Assembly: GCA_963707755.1 (NCBI GenBank)
Contig: CAVPRC010000008.1
Coordinates: 191,903 to 255,902, forward strand
Length of the DNA stretch: 64,000 nucleotides
Source: an uncultured Actinomycetota bacterium
GTDB lineage: Bacteria; Actinomycetota; Actinomycetes; Propionibacteriales; Nocardioidaceae
Direction of reading: 5' to 3'
The translations under genes were made by a program, and so were the position numbers. Position 1 is the stretch's first letter, and every line of letters starts with the position of its first letter. Below the pieces are notes generated by a model. It worked only from the letters and a program-made list of their open reading frames with translations. It did not search any database and was not told where the DNA came from. Below are positions 28,239 to 37,136 of the stretch, piece by piece.

Positions 28239-29093
28239 TCAGGCGCTGATCGTCTCCGACTGCTCGATGGCGGCGTTCCACTCCCGCTTCGAGGCCCGCC
28301 AGCCCTCGTCGTCGTGGCCGAGCCGCCAGTAGCCCGACACCGACAGCCGGTCGAGGCCGAGCCCGCGCTCGACGCGGAGGTACCTCCGGATGTCCCGCAC
28401 CGCCGCGGCTTCCCCGTGCACGAACCCGTGCACGTCGTCGTCCGGCCAGGGCAGCGACCGGACGGCGTCGACCAGGGGTACGCCGGGGCGCTGGTCGCCC
28501 TGGTGGACCCAGGTGAGCTCGATGCCGGACGGCCGCGGCAGGTCGATCTCGTCGCGGGCGTCGTGCACCTCCACGACGGCGTGGCCCACCGCGTCGTCGG
28601 GCAGCCGCTCCAGCGCGACCGCGATGGCCGGCACGGCGCTGAGGTCCCCGGCGAGCAGGTGCCACCCGGCGGTGGCGTCGGGCTGGTAGCCACCACCCGG
28701 ACCGACGAGCAGCAGCTCGTCACCCGGCTGCGCGGCGGCCGCCCACGGACCGGCGATGCCGGCCGCGCCGTGGACGACGAAGTCCAGGGTCAGCTCGCGC
28801 GTCGCCTCGTCGAAGGCGCGCACCGTGTAGGACCGCAACCGGGGTGCGTGCTCACGCGGCAGCGACTCGGCGACCGTCTCGAGGTCGACCCGGCCGTCGT
28901 CGGTCAGCGGGAACGGCCGCGGCACGTCCTCGTGGACGAACACCGCCTTGACGTAGGAGTCCGCACACGGCGACGGCTCGAAGGTGTCCAGGCCGGGACC
29001 ACCCACGACGACCCGCACCAGGGACGCGGACAGCCGCTCGGTGCGCAGCACGGTGGCGGCCATCGCGGTGCGACGGCGGCGGGGCTCGGGCAT
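28239..29093 (-). CDS. siderophore-interacting protein (SIP/ViuB-type FAD reductase)
   Basis: RSYTVRAFD, LLAGDLSAVPAIA, GYWRLG are characteristic of the SIP family. Confidence 0.8.
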   Translation of the reverse strand: MPEPRRRRTAMAATVLRTERLSASLVRVVVGGPGLDTFEPSPCADSYVKAVFVHEDVPRPFPLTDDGRVDLETVAESLPREHAPRLRSYTVRAFDEATRELTLDFVVHGAAGIAGPWAAAAQPGDELLLVGPGGGYQPDATAGWHLLAGDLSAVPAIAVALERLPDDAVGHAVVEVHDARDEIDLPRPSGIELTWVHQGDQRPGVPLVDAVRSLPWPDDDVHGFVHGEAAAVRDIRRYLRVERGLGLDRLSVSGYWRLGHDDEGWRASKREWNAAIEQSETISA

Positions 29094-29130
29094 GGTGCTC
29101 CTTCAGCGGGACGGACGTTGAGCCTACAAC

Positions 29131-29149
29131 TTAGGTAAGCCTAACAAAC
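29131..29149. promoter_or_regulatory. IdeR/DmdR-type iron box candidate
   Basis: TTAGGTAAGCCTAACAAAC matches 14/19 positions of the consensus TTAGGTTAGGCTAACCTAA. It lies 38 nt upstream of the SIP start, in an AT-richer divergent spacer. Confidence 0.45.
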
Positions 29150-29215
29150 GGTTCCTACTTGACGGCTGCCGCGGGACGGGCGAGCGTCCGATCATGTCCT
29201 CCGCCCGCCGTTCCC

Positions 29216-30568
29216 GTGGACCGTGACCGCCTCACCTCGCTGGTCGAGGCCGAACGGTCGACGTACGCCGCCTCGCACCCGCGCTCCGCCGAGCTGTACG
29301 CCGGGGCGGAGCACCTGTTCGGGCGGGTGCCGATGACCTGGATGAACATGTGGAGCGGCGGCTTCCCGCTCTACCTCGACCGCGCGTGGGGCAACCGGGT
29401 CGTCGACGTGGACGGGCGCGAGTACGTCGACTTCGCGCTGGGTGACACCGGGGCGATGGCCGGGCACAGCCCGCGCGCGACCGTCGAGGCGGTGACCGGA
29501 CGGCTGTCCGGGACGGGCGGCATCACCACGATGCTGCCGACCGAGGACGCCGAGTGGGTGGGCGCCGAGCTGACCCGTCGCTTCGGGCTGCCGCTGTGGT
29601 CGTTCACGCTGACCGCGACCGACGCGAACCGGTGGGCGATCCGGATCGCCCGGATGGTGACCGGGCGGCCGAAGATCCTGACGTTCGCGTACTGCTACCA
29701 CGGCTCCGTCGACGAGGCCTTCGCGGTGCCGGGACCCGACGGCGAGGCGGTGGACCGACCCGGCCTGGTCGGCGCACCGGTGCCGCTGGCGGAGACCACC
29801 CGGGTCGCGGAGTTCAACGACCTGGCCGGCGTCGAGGAGCAGCTGCGGCACGGCGACGTCGCGGCGATCCTCACCGAGCCCGCGCTGACGAACATCGGCA
29901 TCGTGCTGCCCGAGCCCGGGTTCCTCGACGGGCTGCGCCGGCTGGCCACGGAGTACGGCGCGCTGCTGATGATCGACGAGACGCACACCTTCTCGGCGGG
30001 TCCGGGTGGTGCCACCGGCGCGTGGGGCCTCGAGCCGGACATCTTCGTGATCGGCAAGAGCATCGGCGGCGGGATCCCCTGCGGCGCCTACGGGTTGTCG
30101 CACGACGTCGCCTCCGCCGCGATGTCGCGCGACGACGCCGACCTGGTCGACGTCGGGCGGGGTCGGCGGGACGCTCGCCGGGAACGCCTTGTCCGTCACG
30201 GCGATGCGGGCCACCCTGTCCGACGTACTCACTGACGACGCGTTCGCACGGATGTCCGACCTCGCCACCGACTTCACCGCGGGCGTGCAGGCCACCATCG
30301 ACCGGACCGGCGTGCTCCTGGTCCGTGAGCCGGCTGGGCGCCCGCACGGAGTACCGCTTCGCCTCCCCCGCACCCCGCACCGGCAGCGAGTCGGCGGCTG
30401 CCGCGGACGACGCGCTCGACGAGTACCTCCACCTGTTCCTGGCCAACCGTGGCGTGCTCATCACGCCGTTCCACAACATGGCGCTGATGTGTCCCGGACA
30501 CCTCGGCCGACGACGTGGCCCGGCACACCGCGCTGTTCGCGGAGGCGGTCGACGCGCTCGTCTCGTAG
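29216..30568 (+). pseudogene. class III aminotransferase (glutamate-1-semialdehyde aminomutase-like), at least 3 frame breaks
   Basis: Reading continues across three frames: ...IGKSIGGGIPCGAYGL...DLVDVG | (A)LSVTAMRATLSDVLTDDAF...DRTGV | WSVSRLGARTEYRF...ITPFHNMALMCP | TSADDVARHTALFAEAVDALVS*. Breaks are near 30160, 30315 and 30495. Confidence 0.75.
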
Positions 30569-30569
30569 G

Positions 30570-30625
30570 GCGTGTTGGGGAACCTCCGACCGTCGCGCAA
30601 CAGGTCAGTGAGGTTTTCAACACGA
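30570..30625. repeat. short palindromic element, family 2 (GCGTGTTGGG...CAACACG)
   Basis: Starts 2 nt after the aminotransferase stop. Ends gcgtgttgggg / caacacg are inverted. The same terminal sequence is found at 40698-40854. Confidence 0.4.
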
Positions 30626-30680
30626 CCTGGCCTGTGGATGACGTCCGACGCGTCTCGCCAGGTTCGACCAGAGTGGGCTG

Positions 30681-31107
30681 ATGACCGAGCCGTACTCCCC
30701 GACCGTCCGCACCCAGGCCGACCTCGACGCGATGTGGCGCCACCTGATGGGCCCGCTGGGCTTCGGGTACCGCCGCCTGTACGTCGTCTTCGTCCCGCCC
30801 GACGGAGCAGGTGATCCCGCAGATCACCGAGGTCGCCGACCTGCCCGAGCTGCCCGACCACGAGCTCGTCGCGAACCTGCTCACGATGTGCGCCGACCTC
30901 ATCGACCAGCAGATGCCGACGGGCACACGGGTGGCGTTCCTGTACGCACGTCCCGGCGGCCCCGCCTTCACCAACGCCGACCGCCGGTGGGGCGCGGTGC
31001 TCTTGCGCGCCGCCGACCAGGCGTTCGTGCCGACCTGGCCCGTGCACCTCGCCAACGACCACCGGCTGCGGGTCCTCGCGCCCGACGACCTCGCGTATCC
31101 GGCGTAG
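30681..31107 (+). pseudogene. hypothetical protein, frame broken near 30805
   Basis: MTEPYSPTVRTQADLDAMWRHLMGPLGFGYRRLYVVFVPPDG (30681 frame) continues as IPQITEVADLPELPDHELV...WPVHLANDHRLRV (30811 frame). Confidence 0.5.
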
Positions 31108-31183
31108 CCGGCTCTGCGGAGGCACGGTTCTCTCCCACACCGAGGACGATTCCGAGACCGGCGAGACGTCTTACATTGATCTC

Positions 31184-31357
31184 ATGAACACCGTCCATCT
31201 CTCCGACGAGGAACTCGAGCTGGCCCGTCAGGCGCTACAGGCTTACCTACGAGTGTTCGGCCACGACGAGGCCGACACCCACCGCGAGATCAGGGCCGTC
31301 CTCGCGAAGTTCCGGGCCGCGGAATCGGAAAACGAAGAGCCTCAGGTCATCGTCTGA
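31184..31357 (+). CDS. small hypothetical protein (57 aa)
   Basis: ATG ORF MNTVHLSDEELELARQALQAYLRVFGHDEADTHREIRAVLAKFRAAESENEEPQVIV. Helical and acidic. Below the ORF-track length cut-off. No family recognised. Confidence 0.3.
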   Translation: MNTVHLSDEELELARQALQAYLRVFGHDEADTHREIRAVLAKFRAAESENEEPQVIV

Positions 31358-31392
31358 CCTCGACGCGCACACTGCCGGCGCGCGCCGACGTC

Positions 31393-31524
31393 GTTGGTTG
31401 AGGTGCGCCGAAGCGCTAGCGGAGGCGCCTCGAAACCTCCGCACCGGAGCGCGGTCGTGGCCACGGCGCGCGCCTGCGGGCGGTTTCGAGGCCCTCGCCC
31501 TTGGGGGCTCGGGCACCTCAACCA
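31393..31524. repeat. REP/MITE-like palindromic element, family 1, copy 1
   Basis: Outer inverted repeat cgttggttgaggtgc / gcacctcaacca. Inner inverted repeat cctcgaaacc / ggtttcgagg. Confidence 0.65.
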
Positions 31525-31644
31525 GCGGGAAGGCGTTTCCTCAACGCAACGTTTGTGGCCTGGACGCGAACGCCGAGCGTCACGTTCGGCACCAGATTCG
31601 ATGACCGCACGGTGCTTTTCGTGACGCTCGGCGAGTGGGACGGG

Positions 31645-31811
31645 CGTTGGTTGAGGTGCGCCGGAGCGTTAGCCCTTGAGACGCTGTCCTCGGTCCAGGA
31701 TGAACTCCGCGCCTCGAAACCTCCGCACCGGCGCACTTCGGTGACCTCGGCGGGTGCGTGCGGCTGGTTTCGAGGCCCTCGCCCCTTGGGGCTCGGGCAC
31801 CTCAACCAACG
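31645..31811. repeat. REP/MITE-like palindromic element, family 1, copy 2
   Basis: Same nested inverted repeats. The outer 15-bp repeat is perfect (cgttggttgaggtgc ... gcacctcaaccaacg). Confidence 0.65.
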
Positions 31812-31813
31812 TG

Positions 31814-31856
31814 GGGGGCACCTCAACGAACGTCGGAGGTGGTGGTTTCGAGGCTC
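31814..31856. repeat. family 1 element, partial/rearranged third copy
   Basis: Contains gcacctcaacgaacg and ggtttcgaggc in swapped order, directly abutting copy 2. Confidence 0.45.
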
Positions 31857-31869
31857 CTCAGCCAGCGCC

Positions 31870-32862
31870 TCACCAGGAGCACGACTCGGCGGGACCATCC
31901 AGCAGGGTGCGTACGTCGAACCGGGCCAGCATCGGGACCAGCGGGCGACCGTCGCGCTGGTAGATGCGTGCTCCCGACTCGAGCACCGCCCACAGGCCGC
32001 CGCGGCCGTCGAGCTCGAGGTCCTCGGCGCCGGGGGCGAAGGCGACCCGTCGGCCGGACGGGAGCACGAGCATCCCGCAGGTCGACACGGACGACGTCGA
32101 CCACACCCCTCCCGGGCCGGCCGTCACACCCTGGACGCGACGGATCGCCGGCGCCGTACGCACCGGCGCCACCTGACCCGCTGACGACGCCCGGCCGGGC
32201 ACCAGTGTCGTGGCACCCGGGGCCAGCAGGTCGTCGAGCGCGAAGACGCGGGTGCGGCCGGGACCTCGGTCGGAGAAGGAGGTCAGCGACAGGGTGGACC
32301 GGTCGGCGAGCATCGCCGACCCGCGCACCGGGCGCTCGGTGCGCCAGACCCGCAGCACTGCGTCGCGATGACCGACGCGGGCCGGGTCCACCAGCCACAG
32401 CCGGTCGGCCTCGGCGAGCCACAGACCGTGCCGGTCCAGCACCAGAGCGCCGCCGTGCCGGCAGAACGTCGGCCGTCGCTCCCCCACCGCCCCCACGAGA
32501 CGACCGGTAGTCGCGAGGGTCCGGCCGGTTCTCAACGAGACCTGTACCAACCGACAGGGCCGGTCGCCGTAGGTCGGGTGCCAGCGGTACCCGCTGACCC
32601 ACGCCGTCCGCCCGTCCAGGGCGAGCCCCTGCGGCACGAACAGGTCGTCCACGAACGGCAGCCACAGCCCCTCGCACATCGCGAGGTCCGCGTCGAACCT
32701 CGCCAGCGGCGGATCGACGTACGACGGCACCGGTCCGCGGACGTCGTCGAAGTGCACCGACCCACATGCGCGGTACGACGCGTCGGGCGGAGCGTCCGAC
32801 GCGGACGACGTGCACGCCGTGACGCACAGCAGCGTCAGCAGGACGAGGACGAGCCGGCGCAT
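31870..32862 (-). CDS. lipoprotein, unknown function
   Basis: MRRLVLVLLTLLCVTAC (lipobox-like L-x-x-C). The remainder looks beta-rich with repeated W/G motifs. Start at ATG 32862. Confidence 0.65.
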   Translation of the reverse strand: MRRLVLVLLTLLCVTACTSSASDAPPDASYRACGSVHFDDVRGPVPSYVDPPLARFDADLAMCEGLWLPFVDDLFVPQGLALDGRTAWVSGYRWHPTYGDRPCRLVQVSLRTGRTLATTGRLVGAVGERRPTFCRHGGALVLDRHGLWLAEADRLWLVDPARVGHRDAVLRVWRTERPVRGSAMLADRSTLSLTSFSDRGPGRTRVFALDDLLAPGATTLVPGRASSAGQVAPVRTAPAIRRVQGVTAGPGGVWSTSSVSTCGMLVLPSGRRVAFAPGAEDLELDGRGGLWAVLESGARIYQRDGRPLVPMLARFDVRTLLDGPAESCSW

Positions 32863-32914
32863 GCCCACGATCCTGACAGCCGTACGACACACTTGGCGTC
32901 GGGAAGGGACGCGG

Positions 32915-35458
32915 ATGCTCAGGATGACGTGGCGCAACCTGTTCGCGCGCAAGGTCCGGCTCGGGCTGAGCGCGTTCGCGGTGGTGCTCGGGGTCGCGTT
33001 CGTCGCCGGGTCGTTCATCTTCACCGACGCGATGGGCGACGCCTTCGACGGCATCATCGAGGGCTCGACGGCCGACGTGGAGATCGCCTACCAGGGCGCC
33101 AACGACTTCGACTCCCAGCAGGACGCGCGCACGATCCCGGCGTCGGTGGTGAGGCGGCTCGACGAGCTGCCCGAGGTCGGCTCGGTGCACCCGAGCGTCC
33201 AGCTGTTCTCCGTCTTCGTGATCGGCCGCAACGGCAAGGTCGTCGGCGGCAACGGCCCTCCGGGGCTGGCGGTCAACTACACCGGCACCACCTCGGTCAG
33301 CGGCAAGCCGATCGTCACGCTGAGCCGCGGCGCGTTCCCGAAGGGCGCCGGCCAGGTGGCGCTCGACGTCGACACCGCACGCAAGGCCGGGTACGGCGTC
33401 GGCGACACGGTCACGCTGGTGACCCCCGGCGACCCGCCCACGCTGAAGGCGAAGGTCTCCGGGCTCGTCGAGTTCGGGTCCGGCGGCCTCAACGGCGCGA
33501 CGCTGACGCTGTTCGACGTGCGGGTGCTGCAGAAGCAGTTCTTCGGCGGCAGGGACGTCTACTCCTCGATCTCGCTCGACGCCGCGCCCGGGGTGAGCCA
33601 GGTGCAGCTGCGCGACGCCGCGCAGGAGGTGCTGCCGAAGGACGTCGTCGCCCGCACCGGGGACGAGCAGGTGTTGAAGAACAAGGCCCAGCTCGACGAG
33701 GTCCTCGGCTTCCTCAACACGTTCCTGCTGGTGTTCGCGGGCGTCTCGCTGGTGGTCGGCACGTACCTGATCGTCAACACCTTCTCGATCCTGGTCGCGC
33801 AGCGCAGCCGCGAGCTCGCACTCCTGCGGGCACTCGGGGCCTCGCGTCGCCAGGTGAACCTCAGCGTGCTGGTCGAGGCGGTCGCGGTCGGCCTGTTCGG
33901 CTCGACGCTCGGGCTCGGCGCCGGCTACCTGCTGGCCCGCGGGCTCCAGCTGCTGTTCGGGGCGGTCGGCTTCGACCTGAGCCGGGCGGTGTTCCCGGTC
34001 AACCTGCGAACGGTCGTCGCGTCGTACGCCGTGGGGGTGCTGGTCACGGTCGTCGCGGCATACCTCCCGGCCCGCCGCGCCTCCACCATCCCGCCCGTCG
34101 CGGCGCTGCGGGACGACGTGGCGCTGCCGGAGTCCACGCTGCACCGCCGGGTGCTCGTCGGGTTCGGGCTCATCGTGGTCGGCGCCGCCGGCATGGTCGG
34201 CGGCTTCACCAAGGAGGGCAACCTCGGGCTCAGCCTGATCGGCCTCGGCATGCTGGGGATCCTCATCGGCGTCTCGCTGCTGAGCCCGTGGGTGGGGCGG
34301 CCGCTGACCCGCGCGTTCGAGGTCGGGTACCGCCGCGCCTTCGGCACCGTCGGAACGCTGGCGGCGCAGAACTCCCTGCGCAACCCGCGGCGTACGGCGG
34401 CCACCGCCAGCGCCCTGATGATCGGGCTGACGCTCGTCTCGCTGATGGCGGTGCTCGGCCAGTCCGCCACCGCCAGCACGGACGCGGCGGTCAAGCGTGG
34501 GCTCACGTCACAGTTCGTGGTCTCCAACGTCGTCGGCACGCCGTTCTCGACGGGCATCGCCAGGAAGATCCGCAAGGTCGACGGCGTGCGCAGCGTGGCC
34601 GAGCTGCGGACCGCCGGCGCGAGGATCAAGGACGACCGCGGCTTCGTCGGGGCCGTGGACGCCGAGGCGCTGGGGCTCGCCATCGCGCTGCCGGTCGAGC
34701 AGGGCTCGATGCTGGCCCTGCGGCCAGGGACGATGGCGGTCAACCAGCGGTCCGCGGCCCGCCGCGGCATCGCTCTCGGCGACACCGTCCCCGTCGAGTT
34801 CCAGGGCGGCACGGTCCGGCTCAAGGTGGTCGCGCTGTTCGGTGCGTCCGGGGTGCTCCCCGCCAACTTCATCGTCACGCCCGACGCCTTCGTGAAGGGC
34901 GGGCTGACGCCGCTCGACTCGCTGCTCTACGTCACCAAGGACCCGGGCGCCGACGCCGACGCCGTGCGCCGACAGGTCGACCGGATCATCGCGCCGCTGC
35001 CGACCGTCACCGTGAAGGACCCCGGTGAGTTCGCGCAGGAGCAGCGCCAGCAGATCAACCTGTTCCTGTACTTCATCTACGCCCTCCTCGGCCTCGCGGT
35101 CGTCATCGCGGTGCTCGGCATCATCAACACGCTGGCGCTGTCGGTCATCGAGCGCACCCGCGAGGTCGGCCTGCTGCGTGCGGTCGGGCTGTCCCGCCGG
35201 CAGCTTCGGCTGATGGTGCGTCTCGAGTCGGTCGTGGTCGCCGTCCTCGGCGCCGTCCTCGGCGTGGTGATGGGTCTCGTGTTCGGCGTCTCGCTGCAGC
35301 GCGCGATCGCCGACCAGGGCATCGACGTGCTCGCGATCCCGTGGGTGCAGCTGGTGACCTTCGTCGCACTCGCGGCGCTCGCCGGGGTGCTTGCAGCGGT
35401 GCTCCCGGCCCGGAGGGCCGCCCGACTCGACGTACTTCGGGCGATCGGTGCCGAGTAG
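32915..35458 (+). CDS. ABC transporter permease, double FtsX/MacB-type
   Basis: MLRMTWRNLFARKVRLGLSAFAVVLGVAFV. Two FtsX modules (ALRALGASRRQV and LLRAVGLSRRQL). ATG preceded by GGGAAGGGA. Confidence 0.85.
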   Translation: MLRMTWRNLFARKVRLGLSAFAVVLGVAFVAGSFIFTDAMGDAFDGIIEGSTADVEIAYQGANDFDSQQDARTIPASVVRRLDELPEVGSVHPSVQLFSVFVIGRNGKVVGGNGPPGLAVNYTGTTSVSGKPIVTLSRGAFPKGAGQVALDVDTARKAGYGVGDTVTLVTPGDPPTLKAKVSGLVEFGSGGLNGATLTLFDVRVLQKQFFGGRDVYSSISLDAAPGVSQVQLRDAAQEVLPKDVVARTGDEQVLKNKAQLDEVLGFLNTFLLVFAGVSLVVGTYLIVNTFSILVAQRSRELALLRALGASRRQVNLSVLVEAVAVGLFGSTLGLGAGYLLARGLQLLFGAVGFDLSRAVFPVNLRTVVASYAVGVLVTVVAAYLPARRASTIPPVAALRDDVALPESTLHRRVLVGFGLIVVGAAGMVGGFTKEGNLGLSLIGLGMLGILIGVSLLSPWVGRPLTRAFEVGYRRAFGTVGTLAAQNSLRNPRRTAATASALMIGLTLVSLMAVLGQSATASTDAAVKRGLTSQFVVSNVVGTPFSTGIARKIRKVDGVRSVAELRTAGARIKDDRGFVGAVDAEALGLAIALPVEQGSMLALRPGTMAVNQRSAARRGIALGDTVPVEFQGGTVRLKVVALFGASGVLPANFIVTPDAFVKGGLTPLDSLLYVTKDPGADADAVRRQVDRIIAPLPTVTVKDPGEFAQEQRQQINLFLYFIYALLGLAVVIAVLGIINTLALSVIERTREVGLLRAVGLSRRQLRLMVRLESVVVAVLGAVLGVVMGLVFGVSLQRAIADQGIDVLAIPWVQLVTFVALAALAGVLAAVLPARRAARLDVLRAIGAE

Positions 35459-35611
35459 ACCACTTTGCCGGAGTGTTTCAACAGGTGGACCGCGGGTTAC
35501 CTTCGGTTGACTCCGTGGGGGCGCAGAAGCGTGACGGAGGTCAAGTCCTCGCCGGTACCGACGGCGGGGCGGTCCGGCCCACGCCGAGGCCCGCCAGGGT
35601 GCCGGACGACA

Positions 35612-35768
35612 CATGCGCGAGATCGCAGCACTGGCGGGCACGGACGACCCAGCACGGCGATGCGCCCCCCGTATGAGGTGGGACGCGTCTTGGGGTGAAG
35701 CCACTTTCTGGTGGCCGGGCAGACTTCGGTCCCGAACCCGACAGGTCATCGTTCGCAGGCGTCGCCGA
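35612..35768 (+). promoter_or_regulatory. ydaO/yuaA-type (c-di-AMP) riboswitch candidate
   Basis: Conserved blocks in order: ATCGC, GGGCACGGACGACCCA, TGGGGTGAAGCC, CCCGAACCCGACAGGTCATCGTTCGCAGGCG. It ends just before the GAAGGG RBS of the NlpC/P60 gene. Confidence 0.65.
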
Positions 35769-35779
35769 AGGGTTCCTGC

Positions 35780-36232
35780 ATGTCCTCGACGATCCGTCGT
35801 TTGTTCACTCCTGTCCTCGTCCTGGTCGGCACGCTCGTCGCGTCGCTGCTCCTGGTCGCACCGTCCGCCGACGCGAAGGCCGCTCCAGCTCGCGGCATCG
35901 TCAGCATCGCGGCGTCCAAGGCGGGCGCGCCGTACCGCTACGGCGCCACCGGCCCGAGCGCCTTCGACTGCTCCGGCTTCACTCGTTGGGTGTACGCGAA
36001 GGTGGGCCGGCACCTGCCGCGCACCTCCTCGGCCCAGGCCGGCGCGGCGCGCCACGTGAGCGCCTCCGACCGGCGGCCGGGCGACCTGGTCTTCTTCAAC
36101 GACGGTGGGGGCGTCTACCACGTGGCGATCTACGCCGGCGGCGACAGCGTGTGGCACGCGCCGCGGCCCGGCGAGACCGTGCACCGCGAGCATCTCTGGA
36201 CGAACGCGGTGTCCTACGGCCGGGTGGGCTGA
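35780..36232 (+). CDS. secreted NlpC/P60-family peptidoglycan endopeptidase
   Basis: Signal peptide, then GAPYRYGATGPSAFDCSGFTRWVY (catalytic Cys) and GDLVFF...GVYHVAIYAG (His). Confidence 0.85.
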   Translation: MSSTIRRLFTPVLVLVGTLVASLLLVAPSADAKAAPARGIVSIAASKAGAPYRYGATGPSAFDCSGFTRWVYAKVGRHLPRTSSAQAGAARHVSASDRRPGDLVFFNDGGGVYHVAIYAGGDSVWHAPRPGETVHREHLWTNAVSYGRVG

Positions 36233-36302
36233 CGGTCCCCTCCACCGTGCCGCAGGGTCCTGCTCGGGCAGGCCTGCGGTGGCGGGCTCGGCACTCCCGC
36301 GG

Positions 36303-37022
36303 TCATGACCCTTGGCGGAGGATCTCCCAGTCGAGGGACGCCTGGGTGCCGAGCTGGGGGCGCAGGTCCGGGCGGTCGCGGTAGGCCAGCAGGACGAACG
36401 CGAGCGTGGCCGCGTCGTCGCTGAGGTAGCGCGTCTGCACGGCGAGCGTCCCTTCGGGCGCCCGCACCTCACCGCGCCAGCCCGGCGGTGCGGTGCTGGA
36501 CCGCACCGGCCTCGCCCCGTCGCGCAGCACCACGGCGAGCGGCTCTCCGGGCACCACCCCGGCGATGTCGTCCCAGCCGACCCGCCAGGTGGCGCCGTCC
36601 TTGACGTTCGTGACGCCGTCGGCGGCGAGATAGACCCCGCCGGCCGGCATCCGCCCACGCACCACGAAGGCGAGGTACGTCGCGAGCACGGCGCCGACCG
36701 CGAGCAGGACGACCGCGACCACCAGGTCGTCACGACCGACGGCCACCACCCCCGCCGCGAGCGCACAGCCGGCGAGCACGACCAGGAAGCCAGCGGTGAC
36801 CGCCGGCACCCAGCCGGCCCGGGGCAGGACGGTCGCGGGCACGCCGGCGGGCGACCGGCCGACGACGGCGCCGGTGCTGCCACGGCGTGACGTCTCCAGG
36901 ACCGTGGCTGCCAGGGAGACCACACCCAACCCCGTCAGCAGCACGCCGAACAGCACGCCGTAGGTGCTGCCGTCGCGGACCGCGGCTACCAGGATCCCGG
37001 CGCCCACGAGCACCACGAACAC
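36303..37022 (-). CDS. multi-TM membrane protein with PH-like soluble C-terminal domain (candidate immunity protein)
   Basis: Four hydrophobic helices, then YLAADGVTNVKDGATWRVGWDDIAGVVPGEPLAVVLRDG. Lies downstream of the toxin-like gene on the same strand. Confidence 0.55.
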   Translation of the reverse strand: MFVVLVGAGILVAAVRDGSTYGVLFGVLLTGLGVVSLAATVLETSRRGSTGAVVGRSPAGVPATVLPRAGWVPAVTAGFLVVLAGCALAAGVVAVGRDDLVVAVVLLAVGAVLATYLAFVVRGRMPAGGVYLAADGVTNVKDGATWRVGWDDIAGVVPGEPLAVVLRDGARPVRSSTAPPGWRGEVRAPEGTLAVQTRYLSDDAATLAFVLLAYRDRPDLRPQLGTQASLDWEILRQGS

Positions 37023-37136
37023 CTGCCCCGCCGCGAGCAGCGCGAGCCGGCCGCCGCTGCGCCGTACCCGTGTCGTGCTCCGTCACTGGGTCACTCCATC
37101 ACTTCGTGGCTTCGTCGCTTCGTCACTGGTCACGGT

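Noticed and set aside
31393-31856. Possible CRISPR array
   Set aside because: There are only 2.5 copies, the units are 130-170 bp with internal nested palindromes, there are no short uniform repeats or unique spacers, and no cas genes are in the window.
31823-36925. 773-aa, 886-aa and 805-aa ORFs overlapping the lipoprotein, ABC permease, NlpC/P60 and membrane-protein genes
   Set aside because: They are shadow frames of genes with clear family signatures, and their composition is dominated by R/G/P/A/D.
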